Shown here: piece by piece, positions 38,704-50,948 of the stretch
How the letters are laid out: the number at the start of each line of letters is the position of its first letter
Position numbering within the stretch: position 1 is the first letter of the stretch
Assembly (NCBI GenBank): GCA_965112735.1
Contig: OZ218956.1
Span: 1,922,001 to 1,986,000 of the forward strand
Direction: 5' to 3'
Source: Phaeosaccion multiseriatum
Taxonomy: Eukaryota; Protista; Ochrophyta, other classes
DNA: 64,000 nucleotides
The notes under the pieces: generated by a model
Seen by the model: only the letters and a program-made list of their open reading frames with translations
The model's database searches: none
Told to the model about the DNA's origin: nothing
Program-made: the position numbers and the translations under genes

Positions 38704-39865
38704 CTTGTGACGGTTGACGGGGCAAGCAAGCATGTGCGCAGGAAAGGCAGGGGCGGTGATGACGACGAGGAGGGACAAGGGGGGGGGTGGAGTGAGAATG
38801 ACCAAGCAACAATCTGGCTGGGGGAACGCAAAAACAAGCCGGCCGAAGCACGTGCCACCAAGCAAGAGGCCCAGAGGCCAGCCAGGGCGCGAACATGATG
38901 CAAGTAAAGCAGACAGTCGTTGGTCATCCAATGCGTACAAGCAACAAGGCGCACGAAGTGAGCACCGCCGGCCCTTGTAGCTAGCTCAGGATGGAGCAGA
39001 CGGAGCTACTCCCTGACCCTCTTCAAACAAGTCTTCAGATTGAGCCAGCAGCCTTAGCCAACCATCACGCCTCGTCCAGCCAGGAAGAACAGAGAAGATT
39101 CCGCGCATGATCATGGCTAGCGGGCAACATGTTTACAAGCAAGAAGCGCCCCTAGCCAAGAGCGAGAAGGGCAGGGGCAGGTAGCTAAATGCAGCAGCGA
39201 CGCTCTACACACATCAGCGCCCCTCATCTTTCGTTCTCGCCCCTTGCTTCTCGTCCTCAGGCCCCGCACGCTCCCTAAGCAAAGGTGCCGCAGCAGCCAG
39301 TATGAAGCAGCAGCCACCCGCCTCTCCCCACACAACATATTCACATGAACAACACCGGCTCTCGCTCTGGCTGAAAGGATGATAGGCACTATCCTGAAGG
39401 CGACTCATCTTAGTTACTTCACTTTTATCACCAATCACATCTCACCTTGCTTTGACTGAAGGGCAGAGAGAACCGGAGAACCGGCTGCTGGTAGACAGGG
39501 AGCAGGGGGTGGCTGGTGTGGTGTTTGTGTGAGCTTTCACAATTGTCGCTCTCCCCAAGAGGCCCGAAGATGTGGAGCTTACACGCGCGCGCGTGCATTA
39601 CTCTTGAACGGCTATGTGTTCTCCTTTTTATTTTTTATTTTCAAAAAATAGGATTTCTGCTCTAGATAGGTCGACCCTCCGGGGACTAAACCGCCGAAAT
39701 GGGGTTCAAATAATAGGGGGAACGGCCCTTCAACACAGCAGCAGTTTTAGTGGTTCTTCTTAGTACGACAAGCCAGTCGTTGTGACCCCTATGATCGACG
39801 CTGTTGGTCATACATCAATACTCGCATCATCAGGGGTCCACTCTTTTTTTGTTCTTCCCTCTCAC

Positions 39866-40146
39866 TCCCAAACTATACTGTTTTAGCGAGTTTGAACATG
39901 CGCATCGCGAATGCCGGCATCGTTGCCTCCTGCAACCTCTATCAAGATCAGTTCTATGGCCTTGCAGCGTATGGAGGCCTAACAAACTCAAACTCCTGTT
40001 CCTTACGTAAGGGCCATGCGGGTCTTACGTAACTGTGTCTTGCGGCCCAGAGGGCCCTTCCCCCCCCCCCCCCCCTAACGTGCCTCTATCGCCGAGATGA
40101 GCAGTTTTGGTTACGCGTCCCAGGTAGGGGTGGGCAAGGGGAGTGC
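39866..40146 (+). repeat. Dispersed repeat, copy 1; homologous to the reverse complement of 59390-59626
   Basis: Shared blocks CCCCAAACTA(TA)CTGTTTTAGCGAGTTTGAACATGCG, ATGCCGGCATCGTTGCCTCC, CGTAAGGGCCATGCGGGTCTTAC, GCCCAGAGGGCCCT, GAGCAGTTTTGGTTACGCGTCC. Confidence 0.85.
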
Positions 40147-40875
40147 GGCTCCCTCCCTCTCTTCTCTCCTCACATTAGTGGCACTGCAATACGCCAATCG
40201 CCTTTTAGGTGTCTCGGAGGTCCTCTCTTATAAACTGTTTGAGTGATACGTCTATGGGAACAGTGTCCCGTCACAAGCTTAGACTCAGCCTCTCTCTCTC
40301 TCTCTCGCTACGGCCCTTCTCCTCCTCCTCCCCGGACTCCATGTGTGTGTAACCCCCTCCCCAGCTTCCCGCGCGCAGCCGAGCTAAGGAAGGTAAGAGA
40401 CGTGCTCCTGTCCCACTCGCCACTCGCCGCTCCTCCAACAGATTGAGTGAGTGCGTGTGTGCTCCTGTCTCCAGGCTCTCACTCTCGAACTCTCTCAGTT
40501 GCTCGGTTGCGATTGCCATCCTTCTGCCGGCACCGCAGCCACCTTCGTCCCTCTGTGTCCCTACGTGCGCCTCCACCTCGCATGGCTTGCTGCACTTGAT
40601 CCATCCCCCCTACCCACCTCCCTTCTGTAGCATTGCCCGACCGGGAAACAAGCAAGCGAAGCTTTACTTGCCAAGCTTTACTTCTTGCCTGGAGTGCGTC
40701 CGAGTCTACTTGAGTAGTAAGTCTCCTCCTCCCTTTCGCTCTGGTGTACAATCGTACCCATGCCGACAATTCCTCATTCTTCAATAAAAAAACAGAACAA
40801 AATAAGCACACACACGCACCACTGCCTACTACAGCACTACAGCAGAGCACTACAGCACACAGCACAACAGCAGCA

Positions 40876-42625
40876 CTACCGCATGTTGCGGAGAAGACGC
40901 TGCTGCACGGCGCCTGCCCTGCCGCGCACCCACGCCCCGAGCTGCTGGGCCTGGCCATGGATATCAGGGGCGATACCGTGGGGGATCTATGGCACGACAC
41001 GAGAGACGGGGACAAGATGGACGAGCAAGAGAGAGCGAGAGCCAGAGACAGAGGGGGAGGGGAGAGGTGAGAGAGGCGAGAGAGGCCAGAGAGGCGGGAG
41101 AGGGAAGGCCCTTGGGGTTTCAAAGGACTCATGGTACCGGAAGGAAGGGACGATGACGATGAGCACCACCAGGAGGAGGAAAGAGAAGGTTGGCTGGGGT
41201 GGCCAGCACGGTCTCACACGACACATGCCATTTCCTGCGCTTGCAGGCTCTTTTTTATTTCTCTCAAGGTCTCTTTCTCTCTCTCCCTGTGACTTCTCAC
41301 CTCCGCGCCCAAGTTGCCAGTCGCGCTTTGCGCTACGCTAAGAAGGAAGAAGGCGGGAAGCACGGAGAAGTCAATGCTGTGGGCAGACGAGTGAGGGGAG
41401 GGAGGGGAGGAAAGGGAGGTCTGGTGAGAGGCAAGGGTATTGCAGACACGCGGAACTCTGCAGTGGAGTCGAGTCGACAGCTTGGGGAGGGGTGTGTTTG
41501 CTTCATCTCCTAAACCTTTACCCTAGCCCTAAAACAGTAACCCCTGTGTGGGTCACTCGTTCCTTCATCATCGCCCCAAGCTTCTTGCGGACGTCCCATT
41601 CCTAAACTGGGCACTTGAAGCGACCACACAGGACACTCACCCGCCAAACTGAAGGCCCAGCCCACGGAAGGTATTTAAGTAGGGATCTACGGGGGACGGG
41701 AAACAAGTCAGTAAGCAAGCAGGAGGGTAAGGTGAGCATAGACGGGCGATTCACTTCACCCCCCTACTGTTGATAAGCTCGAGTACGTGAGCCTTCCCTT
41801 CCCAACCAAATGGCAGCCGTGGCCCCTCCGTCTGTTCTTCCACCACGTCGGCTGCGACGCCCCCACCCGCCCGTCCTCTCCTCCCCTTCGCCGTCGGCTG
41901 AGTACCTATCCTCCCGGTCCCTCCCCTCCCCTATTGGCTGACATTGACGCTAACGCTGAAGCTAACGCAACCACTGACGCTGACCTGTGAGCTGGAAGAC
42001 GGGCTGCATGAAGCCCCAGCTCTGCGACTGAGGCACCCAGCTCGACAGCACGCGAACCGTGATCAGCGCATTGTAGCTGAGTGGAGGGATACGGAGGGAG
42101 GGAGGGAGGGAGGGAGGGAGGGGGAAGAGATTTAGGAGGGAAGATGCCTGCGAGCATCGCAGCGCTCGCACACAATTGCACACTCCGACACTTCGCATGG
42201 TAGGCTACAACAAAACCTTTTGTGTACACAGGGAGGCGCCTGTTTTCCTGCTACATGTACTGTGCAGATGTGTTTGGTGAGTATAGGCCAGATTGCTATC
42301 AACATCCTCGGCGCTGCAGCTATATTCTCTACGGGTGAGCAGGCAGGTGCATATGCAGGACAGGCAGGACTCTCTCTCTCTCTCTCTCTCAATATCCACC
42401 CCTCCCTCGTGAATGCGGCAAATACACTCATAAAAGCCAAAAAGCCCAAGGACGAGTACATCTTAAGAAGCCCCCCAAGCAAGAGTGCTTAGAGCTTACA
42501 TGGTGAGGAAGTTGAGGAGTCCGCCCACCACAATCTCTTCGGGGAGCGAATTGCCCGGGATGATAACGGCAGCCTTGGTGTTTCCTACACACGATCGCCG
42601 GGGCTGTTTGTGTGTGTGTGGTGTG

Positions 42626-42670
<45 letters not shown>

Positions 42671-43038
42671 AGGGAGGGACGGGGGCAGAGAGACGTGACG
42701 GGTGAAGACGGGCCCGAAAGGGTGCCGTAGCCTTAGCTATTCCCCGCCACTTCTTCCTTCACCTCTTTTCCCCTCTCTCTGTATCACAACCTTGGCTCCC
42801 TTTCTCCCCATTCTCTCTTCGCACGGCACCCATGCCCCGTGCACAGCCTCTCACAACGCCTCACTTGCTCTCTCACTCGCTCACTCACCCTCGACTGCTG
42901 CTGCTGGTGCTGGGTCGGTCTTGCAATTCGATGCATGAGGTGTGTGGACATGATGGATGCATCAACGGCGGGCACGGTCGTTGCCACCAACAAGCACACC
43001 AGAGCGCTGAGCACCGCCAACAGCTTTGCAAACGCCAT
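40876..43038 (-). CDS. ylmG: YGGT family protein (YlmG-like), probably plastid-targeted
   Basis: Signal peptide MAFAKLLAVLSALVCLLVA. Spliced core GGLLNFLTI|YNALITVRVLSSWVPQ...FMQPVFQLT|DPYLNTFRGLGLQFGG|IDFSVLPAFFLLS...LGAE matches the YGGT consensus. One small 5' exon is uncertain. Confidence 0.85.
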
Positions 43039-43320
43039 GTCTGGAGTAGAGAAGCAAGGAAGGAAGGGGGTGTGCCAGCGTGGCGAGAGGCCGGCGAGGC
43101 GAGCCCCAAGAACGTAAGTCAACAATCGCTTTAGCCCGGCCGGATCTCCCTTTAACGGCCGGCCTGTCCGATCGAGTTGCGTCTCCCTCACCCTACCTGC
43201 TCCTCCTGACTCTTCTACGATCGCTTCTCTTCCTCTGTGAACTCATCTTCTTTTGCGTAGCGCTCTCTCCCACAGTCGGGGTAGAAAAGCTGCGAGAGGA
43301 GGGCAACCCAAGCGACAGCC

Positions 43321-43523
43321 ATGAAGGATCCAAAGGAGGCCTCGCGGGAGACTCTTGACTTCGATGGTAGCGGAGACAGCGGGCTGTCACAAAAGCTGGC
43401 TCAGAAGCTCTCGCTCGGGGGCTCGGCCACGCCCCAGTCGGGTACGGGCACTGGCACAGTCAAGACGAGCACTTTCGGAGCAGCAGTGCTTAGTGATGGA
43501 CGCGCTGGTGCTGAAGGTCAGTC

Positions 43524-43559
<36 letters not shown>

Positions 43560-45059
43560 AGAACAGCCCAGCTTGATGGAGCAGATGATGGCCGAGGCGA
43601 CGAAGGGCAAAGAGGAGAAGAAGAAGCAAGACCGGACGCGAGAGATGAAGAGGACGAAGGAGTTTGGTGGTGGGCTGAAGAAGGGCTTCTTCGACAGTAG
43701 CAATAGCAGTGGGAAGGAGAAAAAGAAGAACAAGAACAAGAAGTCATCCACGTCAATATCACCAGCAGCACCAACAGTCGCAGCGGAGCGTTTGGAGGTC
43801 ACGGGCGACGGCAAGAAGAGCCTCTTGGAGCAGCTCGACAGCAGTAGCGGTGGGGCGGGCAGTAGCAATAGCAGGAGCGGTAGCGTTGGTGGTAGCAGGA
43901 ACAGTAGTGTGGTGTTTCCCGAGATTCAGGAGTCCATGCTGGCTGAGCAGCTCAAGGGGGGCGAGTGGTGCACACCGGACCTCATCGCCAAGCTCCAGAC
44001 ACAGCCACACCTCGTGGCGGCGCTCGGGAGCCCCCAGGTGGGTGCATGTGGGTGCGTGTGGGTGTGATACACTTTGTGGAGAGGAAACGTCTTCTTAGCC
44101 CTTCCCGCCCCTCGGACGGGCTACAGCAGGCAGGCAGGCTGGCAGATGGGCAGACCGGCAGGCAGGCACTATGTCTGTTTGTCTGTTTCCCACCAAGGAC
44201 AGTGCGAGACCTCTCCTTCACGACCCCTGCCCACTGTCGATTACTTCCTATCCCTTCCATGTGGAGCGCTGTGGGACGGAAAATCACTCGTGTCAGAGCC
44301 AGTCACAGCCAAAGCCGTCGCTCCCTTCGCCTGCCTCGCTCTCCGCTCTGCTGTCGCCGCTTCCATAGGATCGCCCTCTCTTTTAGAAACTCCAAATGTT
44401 TCCTTCCCATTTTGTGCGTGTGTGCGGGCCATTTCTTGCAGGTCCAGCAGTTCATCTCCCTCATGAGTTCGGACCCCAACAAGGCCAAAGAGGTGATGGC
44501 TAAGAACCCAGCCATGGCTAAGATCTTCACAGAATTCACCGGCCTCATGGGCACCCACTTCGAGGCTCTGGGGGACAAGCAAGACGAGGAGCGAGCAGCC
44601 AAGGCGGAACAGGCGGGGCGAGAGGAGGAGGAGAGGAAGAGGATGGAGAGGAAACGGGAGCTGGCCCTGCAAGGCCCTCTGAGCAGGAAGGCCATTGAAA
44701 AGTACGAGAAGCAGCAGCAGGAGAACGAGAAGCTGGAGCAGATGAAGCAGTGTCCAAAGAACAAGTCGCCGGCCGCCTCCTCCCATGCGGGTATCCAGGA
44801 GATCGAGGACAGCCGCGCCAGGAAGGCGAGGGAGGAGAGGGAGAGGGCCCAGCGGGTCGAGACGGAAGAGAAGGAGCGGGTGGACAGCATCCTACAGGAC
44901 GAATCCCTACGGGAGATTCTCATGGACCCGGCCATGCAACAGGTGCTGCAGGAGTGCGGGGACCCTGCCCGGCTGCAGTACTACATACGGCAGCGCCCGG
45001 ACGTCGCCGCCAAGATACACAAGCTGGCGGCGGCGGGCTTGGTGCAGGTGCAGAAATAA
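43321..45059 (+). CDS. STI1/HOP-DP domain co-chaperone-like protein; 2 exons
   Basis: Exons 43321-44037 and 44442-45059. GLKKGFF; WCTPDLIAKLQTQPHLVAALGSPQ|VQQFISLMSSDP...LMGTHFEALG; C-terminal LQDESLREILMDPAMQQVLQECGDP...AAKIHKLAAAGLVQ (STI1 DP repeat). Confidence 0.82.
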
Positions 45060-46306
45060 CAAGGGAATAGAATTGAAACACTTTACCGTACTGTCTACAG
45101 TGCTGGCAGTCTCAGTTTGTTTCACAGCCTCACGGCGCCTTTTCTCACCCTCTTGTTAGTCTCTATGCTACCCACCCCTTCCCAGACGGAGGTGACATGA
45201 CCACATGCCCCGCTCCCCTCATACCGCTCCTCCCCCCTCACAGTTTCAGTTCTGCTCTCGATAATCGCGGCTATTTCCACCCTCCCCCCCACGTGGTGTG
45301 CGTGTGCGTGTGCAAGGAGGGAGAAAACAAAACGCTGAATAAAAGGATGTACTCGTGCTCCGTTGAGATGTGTACTAATATGTACTTTGCCTAATTGTAT
45401 CTCCTACATGACTTGGACTCTTGTAGCTAAGGGTGGGACTGGCGGTGAGTCTTTCGTGCGAGGGAGGGGCAGAGGGGCAGAGGAGGGCAGCGGGGGAATA
45501 ATTCAAATTTCGTTCCCTCTGTGGTGTATGGGACGCCATACGCCTAGGGCGCGTTAATCTCTTCTTTCCTTCCTTCCGTCCCTACCCTGATGGTGACTCT
45601 CTCCAAGCACTCAGCCCGTCAGTTAGTGCGAGGGGGGGACACCGCAACCGCGCATAGTTCCACCCAATGGTACCACAAGGCGGCCACCCGCCTCGTTGAG
45701 GAGCAGAGCGCTTCCCTCCCCACGCGCGGCAAGGAGCAAGCAGCTGTGGAGAGGGAGGAGGAGAGGGAGAGGCAAGGACCGAGGTTCAGGAAGCCGGGCC
45801 ATGCACTTGACTTGATTCATCAGTGTCTGCGTTTCAGCGCCCCGCGTGTCGCCCGCCTTCCCCTTCTCGTTCGTTCGTTTGTTCGTTCGTTCGTTTGTAC
45901 GTGCCGTACCTGAAAGTCTTGGACGAGATGCCTGTTGGTGAACTCCCTGAGCAGCGTCGCCAGCGAAGGCGAAGGGCAATCGGCTCACGCCAGCCACGCC
46001 ACCCAGTCCTCCGCGATGCCCTGTGTCAGCCCGGCAAGTGGGTACAGCTCTTTCTCCTGCTCTTCTTCGTTCGTCTCCCCCCCCCCGTCCCCGGTCCTTC
46101 TTCCGGGACAAGAGAACAATTGGCCTTTCGGTAGAGAGATGCAGTAGAAATACAACCAGCAGCAGCCTCAGCAGCCACGACAACACCCAACAGCAACAGC
46201 AAGTGGAAGTCGGAGAGAAGGCCCGAAGAGGCGTTCCCACCGTCCTTGCACCAGTGTACCTCGAGAAAGCAACAACATATGCTACGCCACTTCACTACGC
46301 GTCACA

Positions 46307-46477
46307 TCACGCGGGTGCCACGAGAGAAGCCGAGCCGGAGGCACCCAACTTGCTCCTCTTCTCTGCCGAGCGGGCTGCTGTATCACCAACTGCCACTGCT
46401 ACGTTAGACCCGCCCCAGCCCCCTTCCTCGGCATTCTTCCTCTTGTCGCTCTTCTCCTTCTTGTGCCGCCGCTGCTG

Positions 46478-46511
<34 letters not shown>

Positions 46512-47928
46512 CGCTTCCTTTGTGTCTTCCCGCCACCCCTCGCCTCCTTCCTCTCCCCATCGCCAACGTCATCGTCGCCCTCCCTGTCACTGCTATCCTC
46601 GCCGCTATCCGGAGCGCCATCCTCGCTGCTCGTGTCCTGCATATACAGCATCCGGGCAGAGTCCGCCGCGCCCTGCTCCTTGTTGGCCTCCCGCTGCTGC
46701 GCCTCTGCCAGGAAGCGTTTCGCCAGATCCATCGTTTCCAAAGCGCAGCCTTTGTTGGGCCCGTGTTTGTCCTTCGCGCAGCAGTCCAGGAAGGCCTTGA
46801 TACCTTTCTCTGACCTGGTCAGTCAGTCACCCGGCAGTGAGTAGTGAGTGAGTGAGTGACTGTGTGAGTGAGTAGTTAGTGGATGAGATTGTCAGTTATT
46901 GAAGATAGTGGGCAGTGGATTCAGTCAGTCTTTGCGCGTGCAACCTTAAGAAATACTAGTCTTCGGAAGTGGTGCGCAATCGCACGCACACACATACGCA
47001 CCAGGCGTTGGGGTCTTCGTGCGGCTTTCTGCCGTAGTTGAAAGGCAACACCTCCTTCGGGAAGAACGGATCAAAGTCCTCCTTGACCTTGTCCCTGCGT
47101 GACGTGTGTGGGGCGGGGGGGGGTCAAGCTCCTTTTCAATGCACGGGCTTGAGGGGGGGATTCTGGCAATGGAGGAGGGAGGGGGAGGTGAGGGACAGGA
47201 GAGCTTCATTGCAGGGGTATCAGGGGGGGGGGGGGGGGGTGATATGCTGATAATCTTCAAACTCTCGTTGTTATCGCAGGAGTCAAGCAAGGCCGGAGAC
47301 AACGGCAGTTCCAAACCACCACCTCCCCCCCGTTCTCTCTTCCTCCCTTCCTCCCCCCACGTAGTCCTTACTTGCTTGTCTTCCGGTACGGTACAAACCA
47401 GTACAAGCTCTTGCCCTTGTTGTCTGTGTCCAGCTTACAGTCGTCCACGGAGAGGAGAAGCTTCTGCTCCTTCGGGTTGGTCACCCTTCTGCAGGGATAA
47501 AAGTAGCGCCATCCCCAGTCCTCGGGCTTCGACTGCCGCACCCATTTGCCTCCCCTCCTGGCTCTCTCCCAGTCCGCCAAATTGCTTCGGATCTGGACAT
47601 CTTTCGCTGTGAGTGGCCGGTCTGCAGGGGCCGTCTTTGGTAGACTTTCCCTCCGTTTCCCACCCGCCCTTGCCTCGGCTTCCCCTTCCTTCTCCTGCTC
47701 CTGTATCGGCTTCTCTAGCTTGCACTCGCGGATAGCTGAGCGAGGGTAAATGGAGAGATACTCTTTTCCCTCTCCAAGAGAAGGCCTTCCCCTCTTACTT
47801 TTCGGTGTTTTTGGTACTCCTCCTCCCTTGATCTTGCCACCTCCCTCTGCGTTTCTCTCCCCTACATACATCGCTCCAGATTCCCCCCGCTCTCCCTTCC
47901 CTTCAGCCGCCGCCGCTGGAGTGGACAT
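46307..47928 (-). CDS. Hypothetical basic/acidic nuclear-type protein with a possible divergent PWWP-like fold
   Basis: Exon 1 from 47928 (PKSKRGRP; KWVRQSKPEDWGWRYFYPCRRV...LYWFVPY), exon ~47095-47001 (FDPFFPKEVLPFNYG), exon from ~46815 (KAFLDCC...LAKRFL). The 3' end is uncertain and may splice on towards 45.6 kb. Confidence 0.5.
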
Positions 47929-49271
47929 GGATTTACAAGGAAAGCAATGGAAAAAGAGGAAAGAAGGAAAAAAAGGGGGAACACAAATGGCGACAGCCAT
48001 GAATTCTTATTCTTATTTTTTTCCACAGCCGTCCGTCGGCCGACGTCCGTCCGTCCGTCCCCCTCCCTCGGCAAAAAATGAGATCGTCTCTCTCCTAAGA
48101 GACGGAGGAGGGAAGGTGGGAAGGTGGGTGGACAAAGACGGACCGTCTTCACTGCACTCAAAGGGCCTACTCCCGGAGTGCGTGACGGGGTGGAGACGGA
48201 AAACAGGGGAGGAGGAGCGGCTGGTGAGACTGCCCGAGCAACACCGCTCCAGTGTCGCCGACTCCGCCGCGAAATCACCAACTGCCGCTGATGTTTGTAA
48301 GCTGCTGCCGTGCCTCGCATCCTCCGGTAAAAGATCCCTTGTTATTCTCCCAATGATCGAAGTGTGGAAGAGAGCGGTGCCCCGGTGGTCTGGTGGTACG
48401 GCTGTATCACCAACGGCTGCTCCTGTGCTGCTCCCACTGCATTGCAGAGGCGTCTCATTAGCCTCCTCCTACGCTTCTCTGCCTTCCCCCATTGTGCGGG
48501 TGTACCCCTGCTCTCTTCAGTAAGTCGCCAACTCGATGAAGCGGAGCAAGATCATTGCCCACGGAACAAGATTTATCCGTCACGGAGACCACACTCCATG
48601 CCAATGACAGTGGCCCTGTGCTCGCCAAACAGCCAAATGGAGGGAGCTCGCCACACGCAACGCCTACCCTCTCCGGAGGACGCACAGCAGTACCGGCCCG
48701 AGGCCACTGTTGATGGATGTCTACAGCAAGAGAGACGAGAATGTGAATGCATGTCTCGTCACGGGCTTGAGCAGATAATGCGTTGTCTTCAGAAGAGGCC
48801 GCTACCGTCTCCCGTGTGCTCTCTCTCTTGACACATGATGCTCGCGCTCCATCCTTCTCTCTCTCTCTCTCTCTCTCTCTCCCCTTGTCCTTGTATACCT
48901 TGTTGCTGCCCGTGAACACGCAAAGGAGGCAACAAGCGGGGGGGGGGGGGGGTGCGGGAGGTCCAATACATCCCCAGGGCAAGCCAGAAAGATGCGAACG
49001 AAACAAATCAAGGGGGCTCTTTCAACTGGGGGACAAAAGTAAAGCAGTAGCGCTTGAAGAGTGGGGGTGAAGACAGCACCAGTTCCATAAAGAGAGAGAG
49101 AAAGAGATTGAGAGACTGGCTTTCGCTCTGCTGGCTGTGCCGAAGTGTTGTGCCGTTTGGTCGTAGATGGTCTCAACCATGTGGTGCTCTGCCTCCTCTC
49201 TCTCACCTGGGGACGGACGGACGGACAGCAGAGCTTCTCATGGAGAGTGATGTTCATGCCGATGAGCATGG

Positions 49272-50894
49272 TCATGATGATGATGCTGAGGTGGATGCGT
49301 CATCCGGCACAGTTGTGGCAGTAACATCAGGCTCGGTCGCCAGGGGTTTGAGGGCGGTGAATTGCATCGCTCGGTACGCCGTGCGCATCATTGACTTGGA
49401 GTTGCAAGTGTAGTTGCAGTCACGCAGCTCCTCCTACAAAGGGGCACAACAGGGGCATAAGTGAGGACATGCATGCATGCGCGCTCCAGTCGGACAGAGG
49501 CCGTAGCAGCAGAGGGGGTCTGCCTGCTTGATATAACCCTCCTTCACTACGCCACGCTTTGTGTGTGTGCGCGACGAAGAGGGCATCGAGCCAAGGTTGG
49601 CACCAGCAGCACCAGCATCCACCCGCAGCCAAGTCGAATGACTACTATTATAGATTGATTCGGCGTAAGAGGGGACCCTTAAGCTCACCTTGACGATGTC
49701 GAAACCGTAGCCAACAATGATGTGTCTGACCTCGTCGTATGCGAGCTCCACAGACCTGTGAAACCAACAAGATACGGACACAGACAAACACACACATACA
49801 CACAAAACACCCACACAAGACACACAAGACACACACACAAAAACACAAACACCCATACAAACACAAACACACACACACACACACGGTCGGAGCACAAGAG
49901 CAAGGCCTCTCTTAGCTCAAGCGCTATGGTCTGGTAGCCTCTCCCAGTAAAGGGGGGGGAGGGGGGGCTTTCGGGCCCGATGGATTCCCTGAGGAACCGT
50001 CCGTTTCCCTGGGGACCCTAAGACCCCACATAGAATGACAACAGCAAGGGCACTGAGGAGGGCGGGCCAAGTTCTACCCCGTCGCACGGCCGTACCCCCT
50101 GCTCTGCTTCGTTCAGTCGTACCTCCTGCTCTGCTTTGCACCACCTCCCACCCTCGCCCTCTCCTTCCATCCACCTCCACCCTTCCTTCCCTCCCCCTTC
50201 GACTTGGGACTCTTGTCTGTCTTACGTGTGGTATCTATCGTCGGAGCTGTGGTCCCCTCCTCCAGCCCAGTGGTATAAGAGGGGGCCCATGTTCACCCAG
50301 ACCCCACCAGGCTGCAACATGGCAGCAGACACCCGCGTACAGGACCACGAGAGAGAGAGAGAGAGAGAGAGAGAGGAAGAGAGAGAGAGAGAGAGAGAGG
50401 AAGAGAGGGAGAGGGAGAAGGCGAGAGAAAGAGAAAAGAGGGAGGGAGTTGGGGTATGGAGGAGAGGGAGCAAGACACGCAGAAGAGAGGGCAAAAAAGG
50501 CAGTCACAGAGAGGGCGACCGAACGACACAGGGAGGGCACAGGCCGTCGCCAAGGGCCACATACAATTCGTCCTGGTCTCTGCCTCCTGTCCTTTGTCTC
50601 TTGTCGCGTGCACTGCTGCCTCCTGTCCTTTGTCTCTTGTCGCGTGCACTGCCTTCACAATACACACACCTTCAGGCAGTTGAAGATTGTTTCGACGTAC
50701 TCCATCACCACCGAGGCGGTGTCGATGAAGAAGCACGTTACCACGCTGTCCCACTCCCCCGGCTGGCGGCCGTAGATCTCCAACCAGTCGCCCGCTGTGA
50801 AGGAGAAGTCAGGCTGCTCCCCCTCGCCCAGCTCCTTGGCCACCTACAGCAGCACCAGCAGGCGGAGCAGCAGTTGGTGATACAGGCAGCACCA

Positions 50895-50948
<54 letters not shown>

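Noticed and set aside
41510-41545. Telomere-like CCCTA-type repeats
   Set aside because: Only 3-4 degenerate units inside an intron.
47750-49000. ORFs 47750-48523 and 48364-48831 on the + strand
   Set aside because: No recognisable motif or convincing exon structure; one overlaps a minus-strand gene.
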